The notes under the pieces: generated by a model
The model's database searches: none
Told to the model about the DNA's origin: nothing
What the model saw: the letters and a program-made list of their open reading frames with translations, nothing else
In this document: in pieces, positions 28,561 through 40,881 of the stretch
How the letters are laid out: each line of letters begins with the position of its first letter
Numbering within the stretch: the first letter of the stretch is position 1
Source: Sphaerodactylus townsendi
Lineage: Eukaryota
Length of the DNA: 64,000 nucleotides
Direction: 5' to 3'
NCBI RefSeq assembly: GCF_021028975.2
Contig: NC_059438.1
Coordinates: 25,296,001-25,360,000, forward strand
Made by a program: the position numbers and the translations under genes

Positions 28561-31500
28561 GGCGGTGGCCCTCGCCCTCCTGGGCCCGGGCAGACCAGAG
28601 GCATCCTTGGGGTCTGCGGCTGCCCCTTCCTGTGGGCACTCTTGAGGCACTTGGGATACTGGCCAGTCCCGGATTCCCCCCCCCCCCCCGACACCCTTCT
28701 CAGCTGCCCGTCATCCTGGACTGGCACCGGGAGCCCCATCGGGGATTTGGGGGCGGGGGGGGGGGAGATGCTTTGTATGATGGGACGTCCAAATGGAGCA
28801 TCCTGCATCCACTTATGGCCAGCTCAGCCAGTGGCCATAAGTGGAGACTTTTCAAGTGGTGGATGAAGCTCAGCACATTCCAAGCCAGCGTCCAGGAAGG
28901 TCCGACACAGAGCACAAGCAGGCAGGGAGAACGGCTGAAACCAGGCGGCCATCTGAAATGTACCGACACTGGACCGCTATTACAAAAGGGGCTGTAATGT
29001 TATTCTAAGGATGTCCCTTTAAATCCCAGTGAGCAATTTGCCAGCGTTTGCAACATATAATATCAAGCTGTCTCTCCAAATTGATAGGAAATCCTCTGTA
29101 GCGGTTGCTAATAGATATATGTGAGATCCTTAATGAGTCCAACGTCTTCTGTTGATGAGTTTCTGGATGTAAATGCCCATTTCGTGCTTCCCTTCAAGGG
29201 TGCTTCATCAGAACCAGAGCTCAGTATCTGGAAAGCTTGTAAACAAAAGACATTATTCTCATTAAGGATTTTGTGCATATTTTTAGCAACTCCTACAGAG
29301 TGGGACTGCCGTAATACAGTGCGTGTTGTACATTGTGTATTGTTCAGTTTTGGGATTGAAAGTGACGTGTGCTGTTTAGTAGAACATTGAAGCACCTTTT
29401 GTAATAGTGGTAGGATACTGGTACATTTTAGATAGTGGACTTGCAGCGATTGTGGTGTTTGTGGTCTTGGCAGACTGCAATCCCTCTTTTGTTGGTAGAG
29501 AGCACAGTTAGCCAGCTGGGTGCTGGGCCAGTGGCTTGTGGTTCTGTGCTGTCCCCTAAGCCAGTCTTGGTAGTGCCCCCCCCCCCCCATTACACCACAG
29601 TCACCGATGTTTGGCTGACGCTCCTCGTGGTCCTGGGTGCTCTTGGATGGCCTCGGCCGTCTCTGCCCCTTCCTTTGCCCCCTTGCCTCTCCCTCTGCCA
29701 CCTCAGTGGTCACAGCTGGAGAGGATGTGGGCTCAGAACAGGCGGTGTCTCTGCCACAGGCTGCTGAAGCCATGCTGCTCTCCTGGCCTTTATGGAAATC
29801 AGGATCAGGCGACTCAGACTTGGAAGGTTCCTCTCAGTGCCTGCTCTCCTGTGGCCTCTTTGCGCTAGGCTAAAATTACAGCTTGGAAGTGGGAAAGGAG
29901 AGGAGTGGTGGATTCTTGCAAGCTTGGCCACGGTTGGTCCGTGTGGACCCTGGCAAGTGGCTGAAAGAGGCTGGGGCCCCAACCATCCTCTGCTCTGGAT
30001 AATGTTCCCAAACATCCAGGAATCCTTCCTCCTCGCAGCCTCTGGGCCCACGGATGTTTGTCCCAGTCCAGAGGAGTTGGCTGCTTCCCAGTAGAGCTTG
30101 GGCTGGGAAGGGGGAAGGGGAGGAGGTGGCTCAGAGGCCGCCCTTGGCTGCTGCCTGAAGGAAAGAGGATGTTGGTGGCTGATAAAGCAGCAGCCAACTC
30201 CCCTCAGGAGAAGCTGGACGGGTTGGGCAGTTCTGAAGCTGAGCATCTTCTCCCAAGGAAGCGGGGCGGGAGTGCAGCAAGGAAAGGAAACTCTGCGCAT
30301 CATGGGTTGGGGAACACCCTGCAGCACGAGGGAGTGCTGGGGTCGTCTGCCCAGGGCCTGGAGGCTCAGCAACTGGAGAGCCTTTTTGCACCTTCATGGC
30401 ACAGTCTGGCTTGAGCTGAGGCCAGCGGAGCTTTTCGCTGCTGCCTGCGGTGTTGAGCGAGGAGGCCCAGCAGGTGGCCGGCCGGTTGGGAGTCCGTTCA
30501 TTTGCTGTGAATGGAAATGGTGCCCCAGGGGGAGGGGGGCTTGCCAAGCGGGAAGCCGGGCTATTTCTGTGCCTCTTGTCTGGGGCAGCTTGTGTGTGCC
30601 AAAGCCCCCGGCCTTTCTCACACCTGCAGAGTGGAGCACCAGCTGTGGGCAGGAAGAGTGCCTCCCTCCTCTTCAAAGCCAAGACACTCCACTTTCCATG
30701 CCTTTCTCTTTTGGATTCAGCCTGGCTTAATGAGGTGGCAAGAGTGCCACGTGCACCTGGCCCACAGCCACAGCTTTGGAGGCTGTTCCTCCCTGATGCC
30801 GCCTTTGCACACCTTGCAGGCCGTGTGGAGTGAACTCCTGGCTCTTGAGGGCCGCCTTCTGTCGTCCGGATCCACTCTGGGGCCGTTCTCCTCCAGCAGT
30901 GATGAATCAGTTAATGCTCTGGTGAGGAGGAGGCCACAGCGATCCCTTGCTTTCGCTCAGTGTGGGCAGATGCCAGGGCCTTGGGTAGCTTGTCTGGCGC
31001 TGGAAGGGCTGAGCTGCTTGTCCCGCCCGCCTCCGACCGGGGTGCTGGCAGGACCCGCCTTTGCCCCGCAGGATCAAGGAAGAAGTGTTTAACTTTGGTG
31101 ACCTTGCCGGCAAGCAGCTTTGGGATCACATCTGGCGCCCAGCTGTGTCGCGGGGCTTAAGCGATCCTCATCCGAGGGCTGCCTTTTGGCCCCTCCCAGG
31201 GAAGACGGAGCCACTCTTGCCCAGCCTGCCTTGGCTGCTCTGGTTGCCAGGAGAGGGACAGATTAAATGGGGGGGGGGGAGTAATCCCTGGATCAAGGCT
31301 CCTCCTGCCTCCTGGAGGCTAATCTTAAATATTGGCGCCGCCACCTCCACTGCCGCTGCCAGAGCGCGATCAGGGAGGCTTTGGTTAACGGGATCAGGGC
31401 TCCTCGGTGGTCCTCCTCCTCCTCCTCCTCCTCCTCCTCCTCCTCCTCCTGCGTTGGCAGCTTGTAGTGGAGCCCCAGGAGCTGAGCAGGCATTTGAGCA

Positions 31501-34500
31501 TCAGGGAGGGAGGAGGCAGCCATGAGTGGGCTGAGTGGCTGCCCCTCTGAGCCCTTGCAGTGGGGCCAGCCCTATGCCATGCCGGGTGGGTGACCTTTCA
31601 CAGGAGGAGAATGTGGTGGCTGTGAACAGTGTGCTTTGTGGGGAGGGGCTCATGTAGGCTCACACCTGAGATCTGCAGGATGCAGTGGCCCGATCAGGGT
31701 GGGTGGGGTTGTGGGTGGACCTCTGTTTCTGTTCTTCGGCGGGATTGATTGATTCATTGATTGATTGATTCATTCATTCATTAAGAACATAAGAAAGAGC
31801 CTGCTGGATCAGTCCAGAGTCCATCTAGTCCAGCTCTCTGCTACTCGCAGTGGCCCACCAGGTGCCTTTGGGAGCTCACAGGCAGGAGGTGAAAGCAATG
31901 GCCTTCTGCTGCTGCTGCTCCCAATTACCTGGTCTGCTCAGGCATTTGCAACCTCAGATCAAAGAGGATCAAGATTGGGAGCCAGAGATCGACTTCTCCT
32001 CCATAAATCAATCAATCATTCATTCATTCGATTTGATAAACTGCTCTACCCCCCCAAGGGTTCGGAAGAGGGCTGCCAGGGCTGATCCGGGGGCCTCACG
32101 TGGCCTTTACCTCTCCCTATCCAGACTGAAGGAAGAGCCCTCAGGGAAAGGGTGAGGCATACAGCCAGGCACATCCCCTCCCCCCTCCTTGCAGAGAAAG
32201 TGGGGCAGACGGGTTGGTGGCCGACCCCCTTCGGCCTCCGAACAAAGAGCACAGCTCTGCCTCTCAGGCTTCCCAGCGCGACCACGTCCTGTCTTCTGTT
32301 AGTCCCGCACTTGGCCTGTTGTGCCTGGAAGAGACGGAGCCTCTAATGGCGCTTTCATGAGCTGTGTTTTCCAGCTAAACGAGCTGCTGCTGCTGCCATG
32401 TTTCTGGCCGGTGGCTGGTGGCCCATGGGCACGGGTGAGCCTCCGGGCACTTGCTTGCCTGCTGGTAGATTTGAATGCAGGCGAGCCGCTGTGCCTGGCT
32501 TGTGGCTGCTGCCTCTACCCAGGTTCAGGGAAGTCTGGCACCCCTCCGAGGAAGAGCTCATGAGGGCCCCTTCTCGTTTCTTGCCTTTTAGGGCTAAAAA
32601 AACTTTTTTTGCTTGGTGCTGGGAGTGTTTGAGAAACCAGAGGAGGCAGGGGGGGGCCCTCTCTCCAGGGGCGAGGGGCGTGCCGTCCCGCTCTGCTCTG
32701 GTTGTGTCCAGGATGAAGCCCAGCAGTGGGGGAGCTGCTCCCAGACTGGCCCCTCGAAGCCCTGCTATTGGATGAGGGGAGGGGGACACCTAGCGTGGTC
32801 TGGTTCTTACTCCCCGGATTGGGTAGCTTCAGCCTTGGATAGCCGTGATGCGACAGGTGGGTTTGCATTCATAGCGCTTATATGAAAGGGAACCATTCTG
32901 GTTCCATTTCTCCTGACACGTTTGGGTGTAGTCTAGCCAGAACTGGAGCAGGATAGTTTCCCATTTCTCTGGTAGTCCTAAAATTTCATCTGTTGTCACT
33001 TCGATCTTGCCCAGTTCTTCAGTTATCCACAAAAACAGGGGCTCCGATATGGGGTCTGCTTTACATTGTCTGCACTTGAAAATTGACACCAGGAACCTAT
33101 GCCGTTTCTCTGCCGTCTCCCTGTCCTCCATAAGCAATCCAGTCATTTCTTGGCAATCCCAGTTTGGTTCCTTCCTGTCCATGTAGCTGAAGAAACACCT
33201 GTTGTTTGCCTTGACATTATTTCATAAGAACATAAGAACAAGCCAGCTGGATCAGACCAGAGTCCATCTAATCCAGCACTCTGCTACTCGCAGTGGCCCA
33301 CCAGGTGCCTTTGGGAGCTCACGTGCAGGAGGTGAAAGCAATGGCCTTCTGCTGCTGCACCTGGTCTGCTAAGGCATTTGCAATCTGAGATCAAGGCAGA
33401 TTTCCCTGTTTCCCCAAAAATAAGACAGGGTCTTTTATTAATTTTTGCTCCGAAAGATGCGTTAGGGCTTATTTTCAGGGGACGTCTTATTTTTTCCATG
33501 ATTATGCCCCCCCCCCCCCCCCGTGACCAGATCAGCTGCACCGGGGAAGTAGGGCTTATATTTGGAGCAGGGCTTATATTTCAAGCATCCTCCAAAAATC
33601 CCAAAAAATCATGCTAGGGCTTATTTTCGGGATAGGTCTTATTTTCGGGGAAACAGGGTCGCAATCCACTCCTGGTCTGTGGGTTCGGATGAGATAGTGA
33701 AGGTCAGGAGGGGGGCGGGTTGATGCAGCTGCCCGGATCGGAGAGGGACCGAAGCGGGCCCCTGGCTTCCGCCCTGGGCAGGTCATGCCTGCAAAGTCAT
33801 CCCAGTTATGTCAAACTTGTGCCTGTGCTTTATGAGGGGTCATTTTACACTGGCCAAGGAAAACGGAGAAGGCATTTCCTTTGAACGGACTTGCTCCGGA
33901 GGGAGGCCAAAGTACAACTTGTTATCATACTAGGGAGGGGCAGCGCATGGCTTGCCCTGGGCGGAGATCCAGCTTTCCGCAGAAGCCCAGCCTAGCCATG
34001 GGTGGTGGCCAGCCCTCTGCCCCGCTGCTTGTGCCTCTCTCATACGCCTCCTGGGTTCCGTGACCGCCCCCTTTCTTGAGGGCATCGCAGTGTCCTGTGG
34101 AAGCCCCCTAGTGTGGTCAAGTGGCACGGGTCCTGTTGTGCAGAGTGGGGTGGGCGAGGGGCTGATGGTCACCAGAGCAGGGCCTCCTTTGTGGGAAGCT
34201 GAGAACTGTTGGCCTTTCAGCTGAGAGACCTGCAGACAGCTGCCGACCTGCTTCCCAGGGCTCTGCTGCCCAGCTACAGGCCTTGGAAGGGGGCTTACTG
34301 GTTCTCCCTGCCACTTCTGGATGTGGGGGGGAGGGGCACTGGGAGCAGTGAGGAGACTGATGTGGTGTGGAAGTTCTGGCTCCCCGTTGGCCAGGGGTCC
34401 CTGGTACTGCTTGCCTTCATAGGAGCCAAGAGCGCCGTGGCTGTCCAGGCGAGCTCAGGGAGAGAGGGCCTGGGGTGTGGGCCTCCAGCTCCAAGCAGGA

Positions 34501-37500
34501 AGCCTGTCCAGCTCCCACAGAAGAGCAGAAGTCCAGGTGTTGGCAGTGCTACAGATGTGATAATGCTGGTTCCCCCAGATCAGGGGTAGGGAACCTGCGG
34601 CTCTCCAGATGTTCAGGAACTACAATTCCCATCAGCCTCTGTCAGCATGGCCAATTGGCCATGCTGGTAGAAACTGATAGAATGCTAGATAGGCTTATCT
34701 GGAAGAGCTGCAATTCTCAGAGGGACTCTAATGATTTCCTGGAGCAAGCAGGCGCTGTGGATGGAGGATTGACGCTGTAGCGTGGCTGGTGTCTGGACTT
34801 GAGAAGCAGGGCTGAGATGCCCCAGCCCCAGTGTGGCTGCTGGTGGCTTGGTGGCTGGAAGAGGGCTCTGCCAGCTGGGGGCATGCCCTTCCGGGTCTGG
34901 TGCAGGGAGGCGCCTCACCCTTGGCCTCCCAGCTGCCTTGGCCGGGTTGGGGGGGGGGCAAAATCCCTGGCTGTGCTGTGCTGGGGAAGGGCTGCGTGGC
35001 TTCAGTGGGCACAGCTTGGCGATAGGTGAGGGCGCTCCCCAGGGAAAGTGAATGCCTGAATCACAGCAGGGCCCCCTCTGCTGCCCTGCGTGACTTCTGC
35101 AGGAAGACCTCTTTTCAGAGGTGGGGGGTGGTTAAGCTGCCAGAGAGAGAGAGAGAGAGAGAGAGTGGAGTGTGTGCTGTTGATTTCCCTGTTGAGCTGA
35201 GAGGCAACCAAGGAGAATAGTTTTTTGGGGTTGCTGCCGCTGGACGGGACTCTTCAGTGCTCCCTTCCGGAGCTGCCAGCCATGGATTCCTGCCTGCCAG
35301 TTTCTTCCTCCTCCTCCCCCCCCCCCTGTAGCTGGCCTTTCCAATCCCTGGAGGGCCGGAGCGAGGGAGGCTTCACTTGGCCCCAGACCAGCCCTCCCCC
35401 TCCCTGCGTTCAGTTGGGGAAGAGTTTTTTTTTCCCTGTGATGCCTCCAGTTCCAGCCCAAATTCCCTTTTCCTGTGGAATAAACGTGTTTGCTGCTTTC
35501 CCCTGGACAGCGAAGAGAATTCTTTCACAACAGGCCAGCTGAGTTTCAGCACCTGGCAGGGAGGGAGGGTCAGCAGGCAAGCTCCTCCCCACTTGGTCTC
35601 CCGGCCCCACCTGTGCTGTGGGGCCCCCTGTTGCACTGGTGGCCCCCTGGGCTCCAGAGTCCCTTCCTTGGCTGTAGCAGCTCCTGGCCACTTGTCCACT
35701 TAGGGCTCGTAGGGCATTGGGAAGTCAGCAGGATCGTTGCTGCTGTAGGGACACGCCCCCCCCACCGCGCACCCTAACACCTCGCCCCTTCTTTGTGCTC
35801 CTAGTGAAATACATGCAGGAGGCCAGCCCCTACATCAAGAAACTGTCGCTTGTCTCGGATTTGCCGTGGGATGGGGCTGCCCCCCAGTCACCCAGTCTCA
35901 GCGGCAGCGACGATTCTGGATCCCCCAAGCACTACAGCCCCGCCAAGGACTTCAAGGTCATTCCCTTGAAAATGTGCTACGCTACGAGGAACCTGAGCAT
36001 GCCAGATCTGGAGAACAGGTGAGCCAGGCCCAGAGGGCATTGTGGGAGGCAGGAGACACCTCCCCACATTGCAGCACCGTTCTGGGTTTTCAATGAGTCC
36101 CTGCGGCACGGCCTGGCTGCGGTCATGGAGTCAGAGCTGGGGGGCACCCGAAGGGTGTCATCAGCTCCCGTCCCTGCTGCCCGCTGAGGAGTGTCTGCCC
36201 CACAGGCTCCCTGAGGCCGTCCAGCCAGCTGTGGCAAGAAAAGTCTGGTTTGCTGCAGTTCATCCTGGCAGCCAGATGTGAGAAGCAGCAGCAAGCCGGA
36301 GTTGGTGTTGCCCATCAAAATGCAGATGCTGCTTTTGGGTGTGGATTGTGCCAGTTTGTGGGGGTGGGGCACGATCTGTTTTGGTAGGTGTGGGGGAGGG
36401 TGCTACTTATGGGGATCCCCAACTTGTTTTGGCAGCTGCCCAGGAGGGGGAACCTGCGGGGGGGGGGGGCGGCTTCAGCTTCCCCTCTTGGGACCAGCTG
36501 GTGGGGAAAGGTGAGGCTCTCTTTCTGTGCCACTGGGGTGCCCTGGTCTAGGAGGAGGGGGGGGCACTGTCGGCAGGGCAAGGCAGGAGGAAAGGGGGCG
36601 GAGGAGCAGGGTGTTGGGCATCTGCGCCGCTCCAGGCTGTCCTGGGAGTCAGCTGAGAGGGAGCCCGGCCATCCTGGGCAGCTTCCAAGACCTGGCCCTG
36701 CATCCCGTGCCTCACAAAGGCTTGCTGTGATTTTAGTGGCTTGGACTGCGCCTCATTAGTGGCTGTTGTCAAACAGGAAAGTGGACCCCCTGTGGCTGGA
36801 GACGGAGTGCCTCTGGGGGCCAGGTGTGCTGGGAGGAAGGCCCCCCTGCCCGTGGGCGGCTCCTGGCCTGGGATGGCAGCAGCTCTCCTGCTCTGCCCCC
36901 TTTGGAAGTTTGCCCTGTGCTGGCTTTGGGCGCGTCCAGCATGCAAACCTCATCCACCCGCTGGCAGCCTTCCCTCCACAAGGAGGAGACGAAGTTTGGC
37001 CCCCGGCCAGCTTGGACGAGCTGCAGAGGAAGCGGCGGCTCATCCGCCAGTTCCGCCCGCCTGCCCGGGTTGTCGAGGGGGAGGGGCAGAGGCAGGCGCT
37101 GCTGGCTTTGGTGGCCCAGGAAGAGAGGGCTGGCAGGCAGGCTGACCTGGGGGCTTTGTGCAGAGCAGTGTCTAGGCCTAGTGAGGGGGCTTCCCACAGA
37201 GCGGGGCCAGGTGAGCACGGAGCAGGTAGAGCTTTTCTCCCTCCACTTCTCAGCAACGGTTGAGCATGAGTGGGGGCAGGGGCTCAGTGATTGTGCCGCA
37301 CAGAACTGGCCGGCACCCCTTGTCAGAGCACTGCTCCTCCTTCACAGCCCTGTTGCTGGCCTCCCGGTGTGCACAGTGGATGTGCAAAAGCAGTCCTGTT
37401 GCCATGGCCATGCTGTGCTGGGGGCGGGGGGGGGGGCTGCTGCTACTGGAGGGGCCGTAGCTCAGTGGAAGTGCCTCTGCTTGGCCTGGCTCAAGTCCCC

Positions 37501-40500
37501 GGCATCTCCGGTTAAAGGGATGCAGTCCCAGGCTATGTGAGCGACCCCTGCCGGAGCCCCCAGAGAGCTGCAGCTGGGCGGCGGAGACAGTGTTGACAAC
37601 GGACTGCTGGGTGTCCAGCTCCATAGAAGGCCACTTTGAGTGCACTGAAGAAGCCACACGCCCCGGTGCTCGTGATGACACACGTCACAGGGGCACAGGC
37701 TGTCCTGGTCTCTGGGGACATCCCACCATACACGCGCAGTGGGAGCCATGCAGCCCCATCTATCTTGGCCCCTTGGTAAGGATAGCCATCCAGGGGCGTG
37801 GGGAAGACGTGTCCCTCTGAATGCTGAGCTGGGAGCCGAGATGTAGCCGCTTCTCTGCCGCTGATGGGGCGTTAACAAGCACACTGCCTTGTGAGGAGTC
37901 CCTCCCAAGAGTGGCGAAAGGCCGAGGGTGGGCTGGCTTTTGTGGCTCTCCACTCCTTGCTGGCCAGCTTTGCTGGAGGGAGCTGGGTCCAGCCGGCCCC
38001 CCTCTGAGCCCACGCCACCCTCTGCCCTCCCTCCCTCCCTCCCTTCCCCTGCAGGTTGATAGAGCTGCATTCCCCCGACTGCCGGAACACCCTGATCCTC
38101 CGCTGCAAGGACTCGGCCTCGGCACACTCCTGGTTCATGGCCATCCACACCAACATCATGGCTCTCCTCCCACAGGTGTTGGCTGAGCTCAACGCCATGC
38201 TGGCCGCGGGCAACAGTCCAAGGAGCGGCAGGGAAGTTAAGCAGGTGGCGTGGCTGGCCGAGCAGGTAGGCGGGGAGGGGGCAGGGGTGCCTGGCTGGGC
38301 CCCAGGGGGCAGAAATGCTCCTCCGAAGGCCGGTTGCTGCCTCAAAAGCGATGACCGCTCCACCCTCGTGGGGGGCCAGGGGGACCTTTGAGCCCTTTGG
38401 GGGGAGGGGACATGGGGCCACCCCTGGGTGTTTGGCCTGTTGCACGGACATGTCAGCCTCACCCCTCGACCTGCCAAGAGGCCCCGGAGCTCCCAGTCAG
38501 TGGCAACCCAAAAGGCCCCTTTGGCTCCCTGCCTAGCCTGAGGGGACAAACAGGAGATTTTGCAAAAACCGCTCTGAAGTGTGTGTTTTTTAAGGTGCTC
38601 TGGGGTTCTTTTGATCCGCAGAGGGGTTTTTATTCAGTGAAGACGGTGCGTGGAGGGGTGGGGGTTGTGGGAGGGTGGTCAGAGAGAGTCCCTCTACCCC
38701 TGCTTTGGCCCAGGTTGAAGCGTTGGAGCCGGATGTCTTTGCTGGCTCCGTTGCAAACATGGACGCGCTGGGAACGTGCATCCAAGGCTGAACTTGGAAG
38801 GCTGCTCTTGGCTGTGGTTCAGCTTGCCGGGGTCCCCGCCCTCCAGTTCTATGGAGAGGCCCACATTTCTCAGAGTAAAAGTCATGCTTGGTCAAGCGGT
38901 GGAACAGCCAGGAATTGTCCAGAGGAGGGGAGCCCGTTCGAGAGGCGTCCTCCACCCTGGGCTGGCTGTTCAGATCGCAGAGGCGGATGTCCTGATACCC
39001 GTGGAGCTCCACGGGCAGAGGGCAAGGAGGCGGTGCTGGCTGAGAAGGCAGGGGGCTGGATGCCTCCTTGGGGACGAGGGGATGCACAGCGGAGGCCCCG
39101 GCAGGACTCCCCCCCACCCCCTGCCAGCTGAGGCAGCCAGGTGCCTCTCGGGCAGGCTGGAAGGGGCCCAGGGCTTGGCTCACGCTGGCCTTTGTGGCGC
39201 ACCGGCACAGCCAGTGAGACCCCATTCCGTGCAGAGGGGCACTCGGGGGTTTAATTGCTCCTGTCCTCGTAAGTGGGGGCCCCACATCTCCCCACTGTTG
39301 GGCAGGAGGGGGCAGTGTTACCCTCAGGCTTCTGGGTGGGTTCCAGAGGATGGAGCTGGGGGAATGCAGAGGTTGGTCATCCCGCCTCCCAAGCCCGGAT
39401 CATTGTGTGTTCTGTCAGCTTCTGGCAGTAGTGAGATGCTTGTTGCTTCTGGAGGCAGCCCCCCAGCACACACCCCTTTCTTCCCCCCCCCACCCCCTTG
39501 GCTTCCCGCAGACCAGGCTGGACGGAGGAAGGCAGCGCTGGCAGCCTGTTCTCGTGGCTGTGACGGAGAAGGACTTGCTGCTGTACGACTGTGTGCCACG
39601 CACCAGGGACGCCTGGGCAGCCCCCTGCCACAGCTACCCGCTCCTGGCCACCAGGTAGGAGGGGGTGAAAGGAAGCTCAGGCGGAGGGTGGCTGTTGCTC
39701 AGGCTGCAGGCAGGAAGGGGCGCCCCCAGGAAGTCTAGCAAAGCGGCCCCTCCTGGTTCACGGGCCTGCAGTGAAGGCCTCAGCAGGGCCCAGAGGCTGG
39801 CCACTGACACGGCACCTTGGCCTGGTGGAGTCCTGGAGGTGTTTTCTGCTCTCACGGGTGGCCACAAAAGTTGCTATTTGTCGGCTGTGACTGAAAAGGG
39901 CCTCTGAGTCTGGCACTCGTGAGACCGTTTCTGGACTCAAGTTTTGTTGCAAGCCGGTCCCTCTGTGCCGAAGGCCGGGGAGTTCTGGCTGCAGAGAGGC
40001 TGCCTTCCCTGAAGGACTAGTGAAGGTCTGCCCTTCCAGCCTGGCAGGAGGAGTGCCTGGCACGGGCTCTGCTGCGAAGGATGCCTCTTTCTTTTGCCCA
40101 GACGCCAGAGAGATTTTTGCACAGGGGAAGGGCAGCATCGGGCAGAAGAAGCTGCTGGCCGAAACCACCGGGGCTTTCCCTCAGAGATCGCTGCCTGGGG
40201 CAGGAGGGCAGTCTCTCTGATTAAATGCCCAGAGCCTCCAATGGTGGGCTTGCAGGCTGTGCCTGTCGGGGTAACTCGTTCAAGCCCAGCTGGGTTTCTG
40301 TCACTGGCTAGAAGCTCCCCCTCTGAGCCCGCCCTGCAAAAGGGAGGGTCAGCCCTGCACCTGGATCCCATTAGGCATTCTCCCAAACACCCAGCCGGCC
40401 AAAATCCTAGGAAAAACCAGTCACGAGCCAAGCTGCTCAACCCCCCCCCCCCATTCCGGCAGTTTCAGGTCTCTGAGCCCTCCCAGATGTTCCCGTCTCG

Positions 40501-40844
40501 TCTTGAAGGACGGGTTCTGATTAGCTCTGCTGACCTCGCCCGCAAAACGAGAGAGAAGCGAAGGCTTCTGCGTGGCCCCCACAGCCCCGGCTGGACTGTA
40601 GCTGCCTTGTTGATGGTGCCGCTTCCTTCTGGCAGGCTAGTCCACTCAGGTGCCGGACGCAGCTCTCCCTGCATGGGATCTGACCTCACATTTGCCACGA
40701 GGACGGGAACTCGTCAGGGCATCGAGATGCACGTCTTCCGTGCAGAGACGCACCGGGATCTCTCCTCCTGGACCCGAATCCTGGTCCAAGGCTGCCATTC
40801 GGCTGCAGAGCTGATCAAAGAGGTGTCTTTAGGTATGTCACTGG

Positions 40845-40881
<37 letters not shown>

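Noticed and set aside
32829-33182. 117-aa minus ORF in SNTB2 intron 1
   Set aside because: No recognisable domain or splice context, and it lies among TE fragments, so it is probably decayed repeat.
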